From: the human T2T-CHM13v2.0 reference genome, Homo sapiens
Direction: 5' to 3' (one strand)
Assembly: GCF_009914755.1 (NCBI RefSeq)
Contig: NC_060937.1
DNA: 64,000 bases
Below, in pieces: positions 28,537-41,872 of the stretch. Numbering within the stretch: position 1 is the first letter of the stretch; the number at the start of each line of letters is the position of its first letter. The position numbers and the translations under genes are program-made. The notes under the pieces are model-generated. The model ran no database searches, was not told the origin of the DNA, and was given only the letters and a program-made list of their open reading frames with translations.

Positions 28537-31045
28537 TAATCCCGAGTTCTAATTTGATTGCACTGTGGCCTGAGAGACTGTTGGTTAGGATTTACATTCT
28601 TTTCCATTTTCTGAGGAGCGTTTTACTTCCAATTAAGTAGTCAATTTTAGAATAAATGTGATGTGGTGCAGAGAAGAATGTATATTCTGTTAATTTTGGG
28701 TGGAGAGTTCTGTGGATGTCTATTAGGTCTGCTTGGTCCAGAGCTGAGTTCAAGTCCTGAATATTCTTGTTAATTTTCTTTCTCATTGATCTGTCTAATA
28801 TTGACAGTGGGGTGTCAAAGTCTCCCACTATTATTGTGTGGGAGTCTAAGTTTCTTTGTAGGTCACTAAGAACTTGCTTTATGAATCTGGGTGCTCCTGT
28901 ATTGGGTGCATATATGTTTAGAATAGTTAGCTCTTCTTGTTGCATTGATCCCTTTATCACTATGTAATGCCCTTCTTTGCCTTTTTTGATCTTTGTTGGT
29001 TTAAAGTCTGTTTTGTCATAGGCTAGGAATGCAACCCCTGTTTTTTTTTTCTTTCCATTTGCTTGGTAAAAATTCCTCAATTTTTTTGTTTTGAGCCTGT
29101 GTGTGTCTTTGCACACAAGATGGGTCTGAATACAGCACACCAATGAGTCTTGACTCTTTATCCAATTTATCAGTCTGTGTCTTTTAATTGGGGCATTTAG
29201 CCCATTTACATTTATGGTTAATATGGTTATGTGTGAATTTGATCCTGTCATTATGATGCTAGCTGGTTATTCTGCCAGTTGATGCAGTCTCTTCATGGTG
29301 TCAGTGGTCTTTACAATTTGGTATGTTTTTGCTGTAGCTGGTAGTGGTTGTTCCTTTCCATGTTTAATGCTTCCTTCAGGAGCTCTTGTAAGGCAGGCCT
29401 GGTGATGATAAAATCTCTCAGCATTTGCTCGTCTGTAAAGGATTTTATTTCTCCTTCACTTTTGAAGCTTAGTTCGGCTGGATATGAAATTCTGGGTTGA
29501 AAATTCCTTTCTTTAGGAATGTTGAATATTGGCCCCCACTCTCTTCTGGCTTGTATGGTTTCTGCGGAGAGATCTGCTGTTAGTCTGATGGGCTTCCCTT
29601 TGTGGGTAACCTGACCTTTGTCTCCGGCTGCCCTTAACATTCTTTCTTTCATTTCAACCTTGGTGAATCTGACGATTATGTGTCTTGGGGTTGCTCTTCT
29701 CGAGGAGTATCTTAGTGGTGTTCTCTGTATTTCCTGAATTTGAATGTTGGCCTGTCTTGCTAGATTGAGGAAGTTCTCCTGAATAATATCCTGAAGAGTG
29801 TTTTCCACCTTGGTTCCATTCTCCCCATCACTTTCAGGTACACCAATCAAACATTGGTTTGGTCTTTTCACATAGTCCCATATTTCTTGGTGGCTTTGTT
29901 CATTACTTCTCATTCTTTTTTCTCTAATCTTGTCTTCATGCTGTACTTCATTAAATTGATCTTCAATCTCTGATATCCTTTTTCCTGCTTGATCGATTTA
30001 GCTTTTGAAACTTATGTATGTTTCATGAAGTTCATATGCTATGTTTTTCAGCTCCATCAGATCATTTGTGTTCTTCTTTAAACTGGTTATTCCAGTTAGC
30101 AATTCCTCTCACCTTTTTTCAAGGTTCTTAGCTTCCTTGCCTTGGATTACAACATGCTTCTTTAGCTCATAGGACATTGGTATTACACACCTTCTGAAGC
30201 CTCCTTCTGTTGGTTTGTCAAACTCGTTCTCCATCCAGTTTTGTTCCCTTGCTGGCGAGGAGTTGTGATCCTTTGGAGGAGAAGAGGCATTCTGGTTTTT
30301 GGAATTTTCAGCCTTTTTGCGCTGGTTTTTCCTCATCTTCATGGATTATCTACCTTTGGTCTTTGATGTTGGTGATTTTCTGATGGGGTTTTTGTGTGGA
30401 CTTCCTTTTTGTTAATGTTATGCTATTCCTTTCTGTTTGTTAGTTTTCCTTCTAACAGTCAGGCCCCTCTACTGCAGGTCTGCTAGAGTTTGCTGGAGAT
30501 CCACTCCAGACCCTGTTTGCCTGGGTATCACCAGCGGAGGCTGCAGAACAGCAAAGATTGCTGCCTGTTCCTTCCTCTGGAAGGTTTGTCCCAGAAGGGC
30601 ACCTGCCAGATGCCAGCCGGAGCTCTCCTTTATGAGGTGTCTGTTGACCCCTGCTGGGAGGTATCTCCCAGTACAGGAGGCACGGGGGTCAGGGACCCCC
30701 TGAGGAAGCAGTCTGTCCCTTAGCAGAGCTCAAGCACTGTGCTGGGAAATCTGCTGCAATCTTCAGAGCTGGCAGACAGGAACAACGTTTAAGTCTACTG
30801 AAGCTGCACCCACAGCTGCCCCTTTCCGCAGATGCTCTGTCTCAGGGAGACGGGAATTCTATCTATAAGCCCCTGACTGTGGCTGCTGCCTTTCTTTCAG
30901 AGATGCCCTGCCCAGAGAGGAGGAATCTAGAGAGGCAGTCTGGCTATGGCGGCTTTGTGGCACTGAGGTGGGCTCTGCCCAGTTTGAACTTCCCAGCAGC
31001 TTTGTTTACACTGTGAGGGGAAAACCACCTACTCAAGCCTCAGTA

Positions 31046-31264
31046 ATGGTGGATACCCCTTTCTCCACCAAGCTCCAGCATCCCACATTGACTTCAGACT
31101 GCTGTGCTGGCAGCGAGAATTTCAAGCCAGTGGATCTTAGCTTGCTGGGCTCCGTGGGGGTGGGTCCCACTGAGCAAGACCACTTGGCTCCCTGGCTTCA
31201 GCCCCCTTTCCAGGGGAGTGAATGGTTTTGTCTCGCTGATGTTCCAATTACCACTGGGGTATGA
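31046..31264 (+). CDS. L1 ORF0-like antisense ORF, 72 aa (expression unknown)
   Basis: MVDTPFSTKLQHPTLTSDCCAGS...GSVGVGPTEQ aligns by eye with L1 ORF0 (MAGAPPP...LISDCCAS...SVGVGPSEP); Kozak-like gtaATGG; lies in the L1 5' UTR, antisense to L1. Confidence 0.45.
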   Translation: MVDTPFSTKLQHPTLTSDCCAGSENFKPVDLSLLGSVGVGPTEQDHLAPWLQPPFQGSEWFCLADVPITTGV

Positions 31265-31584
31265 AAAAAAAAAAAAAACAAACTCCTGCAGCTAGCTCAG
31301 TGTCTACCAAATGGCTGCACAATTTTGTGCTTCAAATCCAGGGCCCTGGTGGCATAGGCACCCAAGGGAATCTCCTGGTCTGTGGGTTGTGAAGACCATG
31401 GGAAAAGCATAGTATCTGGGCTGGAATGCACTGTTACTCACGGTACAGTCCCTCATGGCTTCCCTTGGCTAGGGGAGGTAGTTCTTAGACCCACTAGCAC
31501 TTCTCAGGTGAGGCAGCACCCCACCCTGCTTCATCTCACCCCCCATGGGCTGCATCCAGTGTCTAACCAGTCCCAGTGAGATGA

Positions 31585-31959
<375 letters not shown>

Positions 31960-32043
31960 ATGACTGGAGCTGCTTCTATTCGGCCATCTTGCCAGCCACC
32001 CTACCTTTTCTTTCTGTAATTCTTATATGAGCTAAATGATTTT

Positions 32044-32881
32044 CATGGTCACCAGGCTGCGGATGGGCCGGGGGTGCCAAGCCTTCCAAAGCCGCTGCTT
32101 CATGTAGGCCAGGTGAGCCTCGGAAAAGTCCCACCCAGTGATGCTCAGGAGCGGTGGCCTGTTTGGAAAGCACCTCCAGGCCTCTGGGACCATCTCTCTC
32201 TGGATATGGGCATAGTCCCAGCCAGGAGGAGCCTTGGGAAGGGGCTGGGTGGAGACCCAGCACTTCCCATTTAGATAGATGACTTTGCAGCCATCCTTAA
32301 CCTGGGAGCGGAGGATGGGCCTGGACCACAGGGCCCAGTGTTTCTGGGCTCAGGGCAGCACCCTGGCCTGGGGCCAGCCCAGAAACCAGCTCAGGTAGCC
32401 GCCCATGACAGCAGTGTAGTGGTCGGAACGTTCCCTTAGAAATTCAGCTTCCAGAAGTTTCCGAAGTCTGCAGCCGGGACCACGTGTACACAGCTTCGTG
32501 ACCATTGGCCTCAGAACACTAAAAGCGCGCAAAGCATCGCTCGCTGGGCACCTGCTGGCCATAGGGTCCCTCATGGGCCAGGCCAGTGCCTCGCCAAATC
32601 GGGGACATCATGGGGTGCAGCTGCAGTGGGGGCACTACCCAGATGATCTGGGGGACCAGGGAAGCTCAAGCCTCCCTCCTTCCCACTGATGGTCCCAGTC
32701 AGAGGGACCATCAGAGGGGCCTAGCAGCTGCCTTTAATTTTGTGATTGACCTTTAAAGGTAGAAGACAGAATTTCTGCCCGGTCCTGAAAACTGAAGGTA
32801 CCTGTTAACAGAAGGGTGTTCTCTTTGATCAGTGTGAAAATGAACACAATAAACTTGGATGCTCTTTCAAAGAAAAACAAA
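32044..32881 (+). pseudogene. 5'-truncated processed retrocopy (3' UTR-like portion); parent gene not recognised
   Basis: Abrupt GC/CpG-rich unique block in AT-rich LINE context; AATAAA at 32848-32853 followed 15 nt later by a decayed A tail (32869-32881); no convincing ORF. Confidence 0.72.
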
Positions 32882-33099
32882 TCATTTACTCATACAGTAA
32901 AGGTGATGTGTGTTTCATTCTTCTAGGATGGATGATAATGTCACTTTTTGCAATTTTGCTCCTAAGAAAATGGAGAGTTGTCAGGTTTTGTTTTAGCACA
33001 GGCAATGTTGATTTTATGTGGATTTCCTAAAATTTCCAGCCTTCATACATCCATGAATAGATTGTCTGTCTCTGAACATTAATGTCATTTCTCTCTTTT

Positions 33100-36000
33100 C
33101 GCTTTTGTTTATTTTTTTAATTATTTCAGTATTTTTTGGGGGAAAGGTAATTACATGTATAAGTTCTTTCGTTGTGATTTCTGAGGTTTTGGTGCACCCT
33201 TTACCCAAGCAGTGTACACTGCACCCAGTGTGTAGTCTTTCATCCCTCACTCACTTCCCACCCATTCCCCAAAGTCCCCAGAGTGCATTGTATCATTCTT
33301 ATGCCTTTGCATCCTCATAGCTTAACTCCCACTTATGAGTGAGAACATGCAATGTTTAGTTTTCCATTTCTGAGTTACTTCACTTAGAATAATGGTCTCC
33401 AACTTCACCTAGGTTGCTGTGAATGCCATTATTTCATTTCTTTTTAAGGCAGATTAGCATTCCATAGTATGTTTGTACCATATTTTCTTTATCTACTTGT
33501 TAACTGATGGACATTTGGGATGATTCCATATTTTTGCAATTGCGAATTCTGCTGTCATAAACATGTGTGTTCAAGTATCTTTTTCATATAATGATTTGTT
33601 TTCCTCTGGGTAGATACCCAGTAGTGGGATTGCTGGATCAAATGGTAGTTCTACTTTTAGTTCTTTAAGGAGTCTCCACACTGTTTTCCATAGTGGTTTG
33701 TACTAGTTTACATTCCCATCAGCAATATACAAGTGTTCCCTTTTCACCACACTCCCACCAACTTCTATTGTTTTTAGATTTTTTGATTATGGCCGTTCTT
33801 GCTGGAGTAAGGTGGTATTGCATTATGGTTTTTATTTGCATCTTCCTGATGATTAGTGATGATGAACATTTTTGCATATGTTTGTTGGCTATTTTTATAT
33901 TTGAGAATTGAGAATTGTCTATTCATGTCTTTAGCCCACTCTTGATGGGATTATTTGTTTTCTTCTTGCTGATTTGAGTTTCTCATAGATTCTGGATATC
34001 AGTCCTTTGTCAGATGCATAGTTTTCAAAGATTTTCTCCCACTCTGTGGGTTGTCTGTTCACTCTGCTGATTATTGCTTTTACGGTGCAGAAGCTTTTTA
34101 GTTTAATTCAGCCCCAACTATTTATCTCTGTTTTTCTTGAATTTGCTTTTGGGTTCGTAGTCATAAAATCCTTGCCTAAGCCAATGTCTAGAAGGGTTTT
34201 TCTGATATTATCTTCTAGAATTTTTATGGTTTCAGATCTTAGATTTAAGTCTTTAATCCATCTTGAGTTGATTTTTTTATAAGGTGAGAGATGAGGATCC
34301 AGTTTCATTCTTCTGCATGCGGCTTGCCAGTTATCTCAGCACCATTTGTTGAATAGGGTGTCCTTTCTCCACTTTATATTTTTGTTTCCGTTGTTGAAGA
34401 TCAGTTGACTGTAGGTAGTAGGCTTTATTTCTAGGTTCTCTATTCTGTTCCATTGGTCTGTGAACCTATTTTCATATCAGTACCATGCTGTTTTGGTGAC
34501 TGTATCCTTATAGTATAGTTTGAAGTCAGGTAATGTGTTGCCTCCAGATTTGTTCTTTTTGCTTAGCCTTGCTTTGGCTATATGGACTCTTTTTTGGTTC
34601 TATATGAATTTTAGAATTGTTTTTCTAGTTCTTTGAAGAATGATGGTGGTATTTTGATGGCAATTGCATTAAATTTGTAGATTGCTTTTGGCAGTGTGGT
34701 CATTTTCACAATATTGATTCTACCCATTCATGAGCATGGCATGTATTTCCATTTGTTTGTGTCATCTGTGATTTTTTTCGGCAGTGTTTTATAGTTTTCT
34801 TTGTAGAGGTCTTTCACCCCCTTGGTTAGGTGTAATATACTCCTAAGTGTTTTTTGTTTGTTTGTTTCTTTGTTTTGCAGCTATTGTAAAAGGGGTTGAG
34901 TTCTTTAATTGATTGTCAGCTTGGTTGCTGTTGGTGTATAGCAGTGCTACTGATTTGTGTATGTTGATTTTGTATTGTGAAACTGCTGAATTCATTTATC
35001 AGTTCTAGGAGCTTTTAGGATGAGGCTTTAGGGTTTCTAGGTATACCATTATATCATTGGTGAACAGCGACAGTTTCACTTCTTCTTTACTGATTTGGAT
35101 GCCCTTTATTTCTTTCTCTTGTCTGATTACTCTGGCTAGGACTTCCAGTGCTTTGTTGAATAGAAGTGGTGAAAGTGGGCATCCTTGACTGGTTCCAGTT
35201 CTCAGAGGGAATGCTTTTAGCTTTTCCCCATTCAGTATAATGTTGGCTGTGGGACTGTCATAGATGGCTTTTATTAACTTAAAGTGTATCCTTTCTATGC
35301 TAATTTTGCTGAGGGTTTTAATATAAAGGGATGGTGGATTTTGTCAAATGCTTTTTCTGTGTCTATTGAGATGATCATGTTATTTTTGTTTTTAATTCTG
35401 TTTATGTGGTGTATCACATTTATTGACTTGCGTATATTAAACCATCCCTGCATCCCTAGTATGAATCCCACTTGATCATGGTGGATTACCTTTTTTATTT
35501 GCTGTTGGATTCCATTAGCTAGTATTTTGTTGAGGATTTTTGCATCTATGTTCATTATGGAGATTGGTCTGTAATTTTCTTTTTTGTGTGTGATGTTCTT
35601 TCCTGGTTTTAGTATTAGGGTGATACTGGCTTCATAGAATGATTTAGGGAGGATTCCCTCTTTTTCTGTCTTTTGAAATAGTGTCAATAGGATTGGTACC
35701 AATTCTTCTTTGAATTTCTCATAGAATTCAACTGTGAACTCATCTGGTCCTGAACTTTTTCTTCTTGGCAATTTTTTTATTATCATTTCAGTCTTGCTGC
35801 TTATTACTGGTCTTTTTGGAATTTTAATTTCTTCCTGCCTGGTTTAATCTAGGAAGGTTTTATATTTCCAGCAATTTATCCATCTCCTCTAGGTTTTCTA
35901 CTTTGTGCATGTAAAGGTGTTCATAGTAGCCTGCAATGATCTTTTGTATTTCTGTGGTATCAGTTATAGTATCTCTTCTTTTGTTTCTAATCGAGTTTAT

Positions 36001-39000
36001 TTGGATCTTTTCTCTTCTTTTCTTGGTTCCTCTTGCTAATGGTCTATCAATTTTGTTTATCTTTTCAAAGAACAAGCTTTTTGTTTCTTTTATCTTTTGT
36101 TTATTTTTATCTCAATTTTCTTTAGTTCTGCTCTGATCTTTGTTATTTCTTTTCTTCTGCTGCATTTGTGTTTGGTTTTTTTTGTTTGTTTGTTTCTCTA
36201 GTTTCTCGAGTTGTGACCTCAGACTGTCCTCTTTCAACTTTTTGATGCAGGTATTTAGTGCTCCGAACTTTCTTTCCTCTTAATGCTGGTTTTGTTGTAT
36301 CCGAAAGGTTTTAATAGGTCGTATCACTATAATCATTTGGTTCAAAGAATTTTTAAATTTCCATCTTGATTTCATTGTTGACCCAATGATCATTCAAGAG
36401 CAGGTTATTTAATTTCCATGTATTTGCATGGTTTTGAGTGTTCCTTTTGGAGGTAATTTTTAGTTTTATTCCACTGTGGTCTGAGAGAGTACTTGATATA
36501 ACTTCAATTTTCTGAAATTTATTGAGACTTCTTTTGTGGCCTGTCATGTACTCTATCTTGGAGAATGTTCCATGTGCTGATGAATGTACATTCTGCAGTT
36601 GCTGGGTAGAATGTTCTCTAAATATCTAAGTCCATTTTTTCTAGGGTATAGTTTAAGTCTATTGTTACTTTGTTGACTTTCTGTCTTGATGACCTGCCTA
36701 GTGCTGTCATTGGGGTACTGAAGTCTCCCACTTATTATTGTGTTGCTGTCTGTCTCTTTTTTAAAGTCTATTAGTAATTGTTTTATAAATGTGGGAGCTC
36801 CAGTGTTAGGTGTATGTATATTTAGGATTGTGATATTTTCCCTTTGGACTAGTCCTTTTATCATTATGTAATATTCCTCTTCGTCTTTTTTAACATTTTG
36901 CTTTAAAGTTTATTTTGTTTGATATAACAATAGCTACTCCTGCTCACTTCTGGTGTCCATTTGCATGGAATATCTTTTTCCACCCCCTACCTTAAGTTGA
37001 TTTGAGTTCTTATGTTGTTCGGTGAGTCTCTTGAAGAGAGCAGATACTCGGTTGGCGAATTCTTATCCATTCTTCCATTCTGTATCTTTTAAGTGGAACA
37101 TTTAGGCCATTTACATTCAATGTCAGTGTTGAGATGTGAGGTACTATTCTATTCATCATGTTGGTTGTTGCCTGAATACCTTGTTGTTTTTTTTTTTCAT
37201 TGCATTATTGTTTTATATATCCTGTGAGTTTTATGCTTTAAGGGGGTTCTATTTTTATATATTTTGAGGATTTGTCTCAAGATTTACAACTCCTTTTAGG
37301 AGATCTTGTAGTGCTGGCTTGGTAGTGACAAATTTTCTCAACCTTTGTCTGAAAAAGACTGTATCTTTCTTTCATTTATGAAGCTTAGTTTCATGAAATA
37401 CAAAACTCTTGGCTGACAAATTGTTTTGTTTAACAAGGCTAAAGGTAGGACCCCAATCCCTTCTGGTTTGTAGGGTTTCTGCTGAGAAATGTGCTGTTAA
37501 TCTGATAGGTATTCCTCTATAAGTTACTTGTTACTTTTTCCTCACAGCTTTTAAGATTCTTTCCTTGTCTTCACTTTAGATAACCTGATGACTAGGTGCC
37601 TAGGCAATGATCTTTTTGCAATAAATTTCGCGGGTGTTCTTTGAGGTTCTTGTATTTGGCTATCTAGATCTCTAGCAAGGCCAGGGAAGTTTTCCTTGAT
37701 TATTCCCTCAAATGTGTTTTCATAACTTTCAGATTTCTTTCTTAGAATCACCAATTATTCTTAGGTTTGGTCATTAAACATAATCCCAAACTTCCTGGAG
37801 GCTTTGTTCATTTTTTAAAATTCTTTTTTCTTTGTCTTTGTTGGAATGGGTTAATTCAAAAGCCTTGTCTTCGAGCTCTGAATTTCTTTCTTCTGCTTGT
37901 TTGATTCTGTTGTTGACACTTTCCAGTGTATTTTGTGTTTCTTTAAGTGTGTCCTTCATTTTCAGAAGTTGTGATTTGTTTTATTTATTTATGCTATGTA
38001 TTTCTCTGGAGATTTTTTCATCCATGTTCTGTAACTTTGTTTTCTTTTAAGTTGGTATTCACCTTTCTCTGGTGCCTCCATGTGTAGCTTCATACTCAAA
38101 CTTCTGAATTATTTTTCTGGCCATTCAGAGATTTCTCCTTGGTTTGGCTCCATTGTTGGTGAGCTAGTGTGATCTTTTGGGAGTGTTAAAAAATCTTGTT
38201 TTGTCATATTACCAGAATTGTTTTTCTGGTTCCTTCTCATTTGGGTACCCTATGTCAGAGGGAAGATCTAGGGCTCAAGGGCTGTTGTTCAGATTCGTTT
38301 GTCCCACAGGGTGCTCGCTTTATGTGGTGTTCTCCCTTCCCCTAGGGATGGGGCTTCCTGAGAGCTGAACTGTAATTATTGTTGTATTTTTTCTGGGTCT
38401 AGCCACCTAGCTGAGCTACCAGGCTCCAGGCTGGTACTAGGGAGTTTCTGCAAAGAGTCCTCTGATGTCATCTGTCTTCAGGTCTGTCAGCTGTGAGTAC
38501 GAGCACCTCCTCCAGTGGAGATAGCAGGGGAGTGAAATGGACTCTGAGAGAGTCCTTGGTTGTAGTTTTTAGTGCACTGGATTAGTGTTGGTTGGCCTCC
38601 AGCCAGGAGGTGACGCTTTCAAGAGAGTCTCAGCCGCAGTAGTGTAGGGAGGATACAAGCTTGCCCTAATGCCACCTGGGTGGTAAGTATTTGGTTTCTT
38701 TGGTGATGGGCAGGGCCATAGAGTTCCCAAGAGATGGTGTTCTTTGTCTTCAGCTACCAGGGTGGGTAGAGAAAGACCATCAGGTGGGGGCAGATTTAGG
38801 CATGTCTGAGCCCAGACTGTCCTCGGTGGGTGGGCTTCCTGTGGCTGTTGTGGAGGATGGGGGTGTGGTTCTCAGGCCAATGGAGTTATGATTCCAGGGA
38901 GATTATGCCTGCCTCTGCTGGGTCACGCAGGTTGCCAGGGGACTGGGGGAAAGCTGGCAGTGACAGGCCTTACCCAATGCCCATACAGCCAGCAAGGCCA

Positions 39001-39672
39001 GTCTCACTCCCACCATGTCCCCCCAACAGCACGAGAGGGACATGCCCCAGGCTACAAGCCTCCCTGCTGAGAAAGCAAGCGGGACTTTCAGGTTTCACGC
39101 CTCCCCACCTGCAGCAGCTTCTGTGCGCCTATCTGTACTCCCAGATCACCTCCTCTCCAGACTCTGTCCAGGAAACTGCACAAATTGTTTCAAAGTTCAG
39201 CTGGAAGTTTCCTTCTCCCTGTGATCTTTCCCCAGTTCCTCTGGCACCCCTCCCCAAGAACTCCTGAGAGACAAAAGCAGAAATGGCTTCCCTGGGGTCT
39301 GAGAGTGCCCACGGAACTCTTCCCACTGCTTCCCCTACCCCTATATTTTGCTCAGCTCTCTAAATTTGTCTTAGCTCCCTATAAGGTCAAATCCTTCTCC
39401 CGTGATCTGGTTCTTCAGGCTCCCCAGTGAGGATGTGTGTTTGGGGGCAGTCGTTCCCCTTTCACACTTTAGACACTCATAGTTTGTCAGTGTGTCATGG
39501 AGCCCGCAGCAACAAGCCACCTCTTTCAAAGGGTCCGTGGATTCTCTCAGCTTTCCTGGTGTGTTCTTCAGTAGTTCTTGGAGCCAAAGTTCACAGTGTG
39601 TCTCCACAAGCTGCTCTGTCCATCTGAGTGGGAGCCTCAAGTTAGTCCTGCCTCCTGTCTGCCATTTCCCCT
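33100..39672 (-). mobile_element. Full-length L1PB (L1PB1/2 3' end, L1PBa-type 5' UTR), inactive
   Basis: 3' end tacatgtataagttcttt...gatttctgaggttttggtgcaccc; ORF2 RT fragments (35295-35786); ORF1 fragments (37551-37959); 5' end atggcagacaggaggcaggactaac. Confidence 0.92.
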
Positions 39673-39689
39673 CACTTTCTAATTTCTAT

Positions 39690-41872
39690 TCTTTTGACTT
39701 TTCTTCTGCTTATACTGGGTTTGATTAGTTGATGTCATTGGTTGGAGGTCTTTCTTTCATTGTGTATGTGTTTAGTACATAAATTTCTCTGTATATGTTG
39801 TAGTTACAGTCCACAAATTTTGACACATTGGGTTTTCATCTTCATTGAGTTCAAAATATTTTCAGATTTCCCTTTTTGATTTCTTCTTTGGTCCATGGTT
39901 ATTTGGAAGTGTATTGTTTAGTTTGCACATATTTAGGGACCTCTCAGGGATCTTTCTGGTTATTGATCTCTAATTTGTAATTCTAATGTGGTTGGAGAAC
40001 ATACTTTGGATGATTAAAAAAAAACCCTATTCCTCTCCTCACAACACCTCTGACACCACATGTGTGGGGTTTCCACACCAAGCAATTCTCCACTTCTCTG
40101 TGGACACCACCCGAGTGTCCTACAATTTGATTCAAGTATAACACTAATTATGCAGAGTTAGCACAGACCATACAGGTTAAGGGCTCAATCTCACAAGACT
40201 GCCCCTCACTTTAGGTGCCAACTACAAGTAGTAGGTGTGTATGTGACCCACACTTCTGTCTGACTTGGCTACAAATTGGAGGTTCTCACAATCTTCTCCT
40301 TAAGTAATAACAGCTCACAGAACTCAGGGAAACATCTTACTTACATTTACCAGTTTATTATAAAGGATATTATAAAGGATACAGATGAACAGCTGGATGA
40401 GGAAGTACATAGAGTCAGGTCCAGAGGGGTCCTGAGTGTGGGAGCTTGTGTCCCCACAGAGAGAGGTTGCTCCACCCTATTGATACCTGGATGCATTCAC
40501 CAACCCAGAAGCCCTCTGAATCCTATACTTTAGGGATTTTTATAAGGCTCCGTCACATAGGCATGACTGACTATTAACTCAATCTCCAGCACCAGAGGAA
40601 GGGGAGAGAGGGAGCTGAAAGTTCCAAGCTTCTAATCATGACTTGGTCTTCCTAGTGACCAGCGCCTATCCCAAAACTATCCAGGAACCACCAAGAGAGT
40701 CTGTCATTAGAGTAAATGATACTTCTGTTACCCAGGAAATTCCAAGGGATTTAGGAGCTTTGTGACAGGAACTGGGATCAAAACCAAATGTTAGAACAAA
40801 AGATTCTTCTAGCATCCATATCACTCAGCAAAGTGCAAGGCTTTTAGGAGCTCTGTGTCAGAAATTGGGGGCAGAGACCAAATATATATGTTTCTTATTA
40901 TGTCACAGATGACTTGAATCCTTTTAAATTTATCGAGCCTTGTTTTATGACCCACAACAAAGTCTGTCTTGGTAAACATTTCATGCCTATTTAAAAACAG
41001 TGTCTACTCTGCTGTTTCTATGTGGAGTGTTCTACAAATGTCATAGGTCAAGTTGTTTGATAGCATTGTCAAGTATTCTATACCCTTACTGATTTTCTCT
41101 CTATATGTTCTTTCAGTAGCTGAGAAAGGGCTTGAAACATCAGACTATAATTGCAGACTTGTCTGTTTCCTTTGTCAACTTTATCAGCCTTTCCTCCATA
41201 TATTCTGAAGCTCTGTAAGGTATATAAAGTTTTAGTTTTATCATTTTGATGAATTGGCCACTTTATCATTATGAAATTAACTTCTTTATCCCTGGTAATA
41301 CTTTTTTCCTTGAAATCTACTTTTTTCATTGTTAATAGAGCCACTTTGGCTTTCTCTTAGTTTCAGCATGGAATAATCTTTTCATACTAACCTTTTCATC
41401 TATTTGTCTATTGATTTTTAAGTAGGCTTCTTATAGGCCATATATAATTAGATCTTATATTTTTATCCCATCTGAAATCTCTGCCTTTCATATACATTTG
41501 ATGTTATTACTGATTTAATTTAGTTTAAATCTACCATCTTGCTATATTTTCTATTCAACCCACATGTTCTTTCTTTTCTTTTGTTTTCCCTGTTTTACTG
41601 CCTCCTTTTGGCACTGAATAGTTTATGATTCCATTTTTTTTTGTTCATGTATTAGCTATCTGTCTCTTATTTTTGTGTTCTCAGTGGTTGTTTTAGGGTT
41701 CATAATATTAATGTATGTTTTTATCCTTTAACTTTCTAGCTTCAAGTGGTATTATATCACTTTATATATGATGTATGAATCTTACCAACAGCATACTTCC
41801 ATCTCTTTCCTGGCATTTGTGCTATTGTGATTAGAGATTTTATTTCTACATATGTTATGAACCTATACTACA
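39690..41872 (-). mobile_element. Old L1M (L1MC/L1MD) ORF2 5' region, interrupted by MER21
   Basis: ccacaaattttga, ggtcaagttgtttgatag, endonuclease-like KVDFKEKSITRDKE..FIMIK (41078-41344). Confidence 0.85.
40014..40907 (-). mobile_element. MER21 solo LTR
   Basis: Reverse strand starts tgtgacataataagaaacatatatatttggtctctgccccc; 5-bp TSD gatga at 40009-40013 and 40908-40912. Confidence 0.9.
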
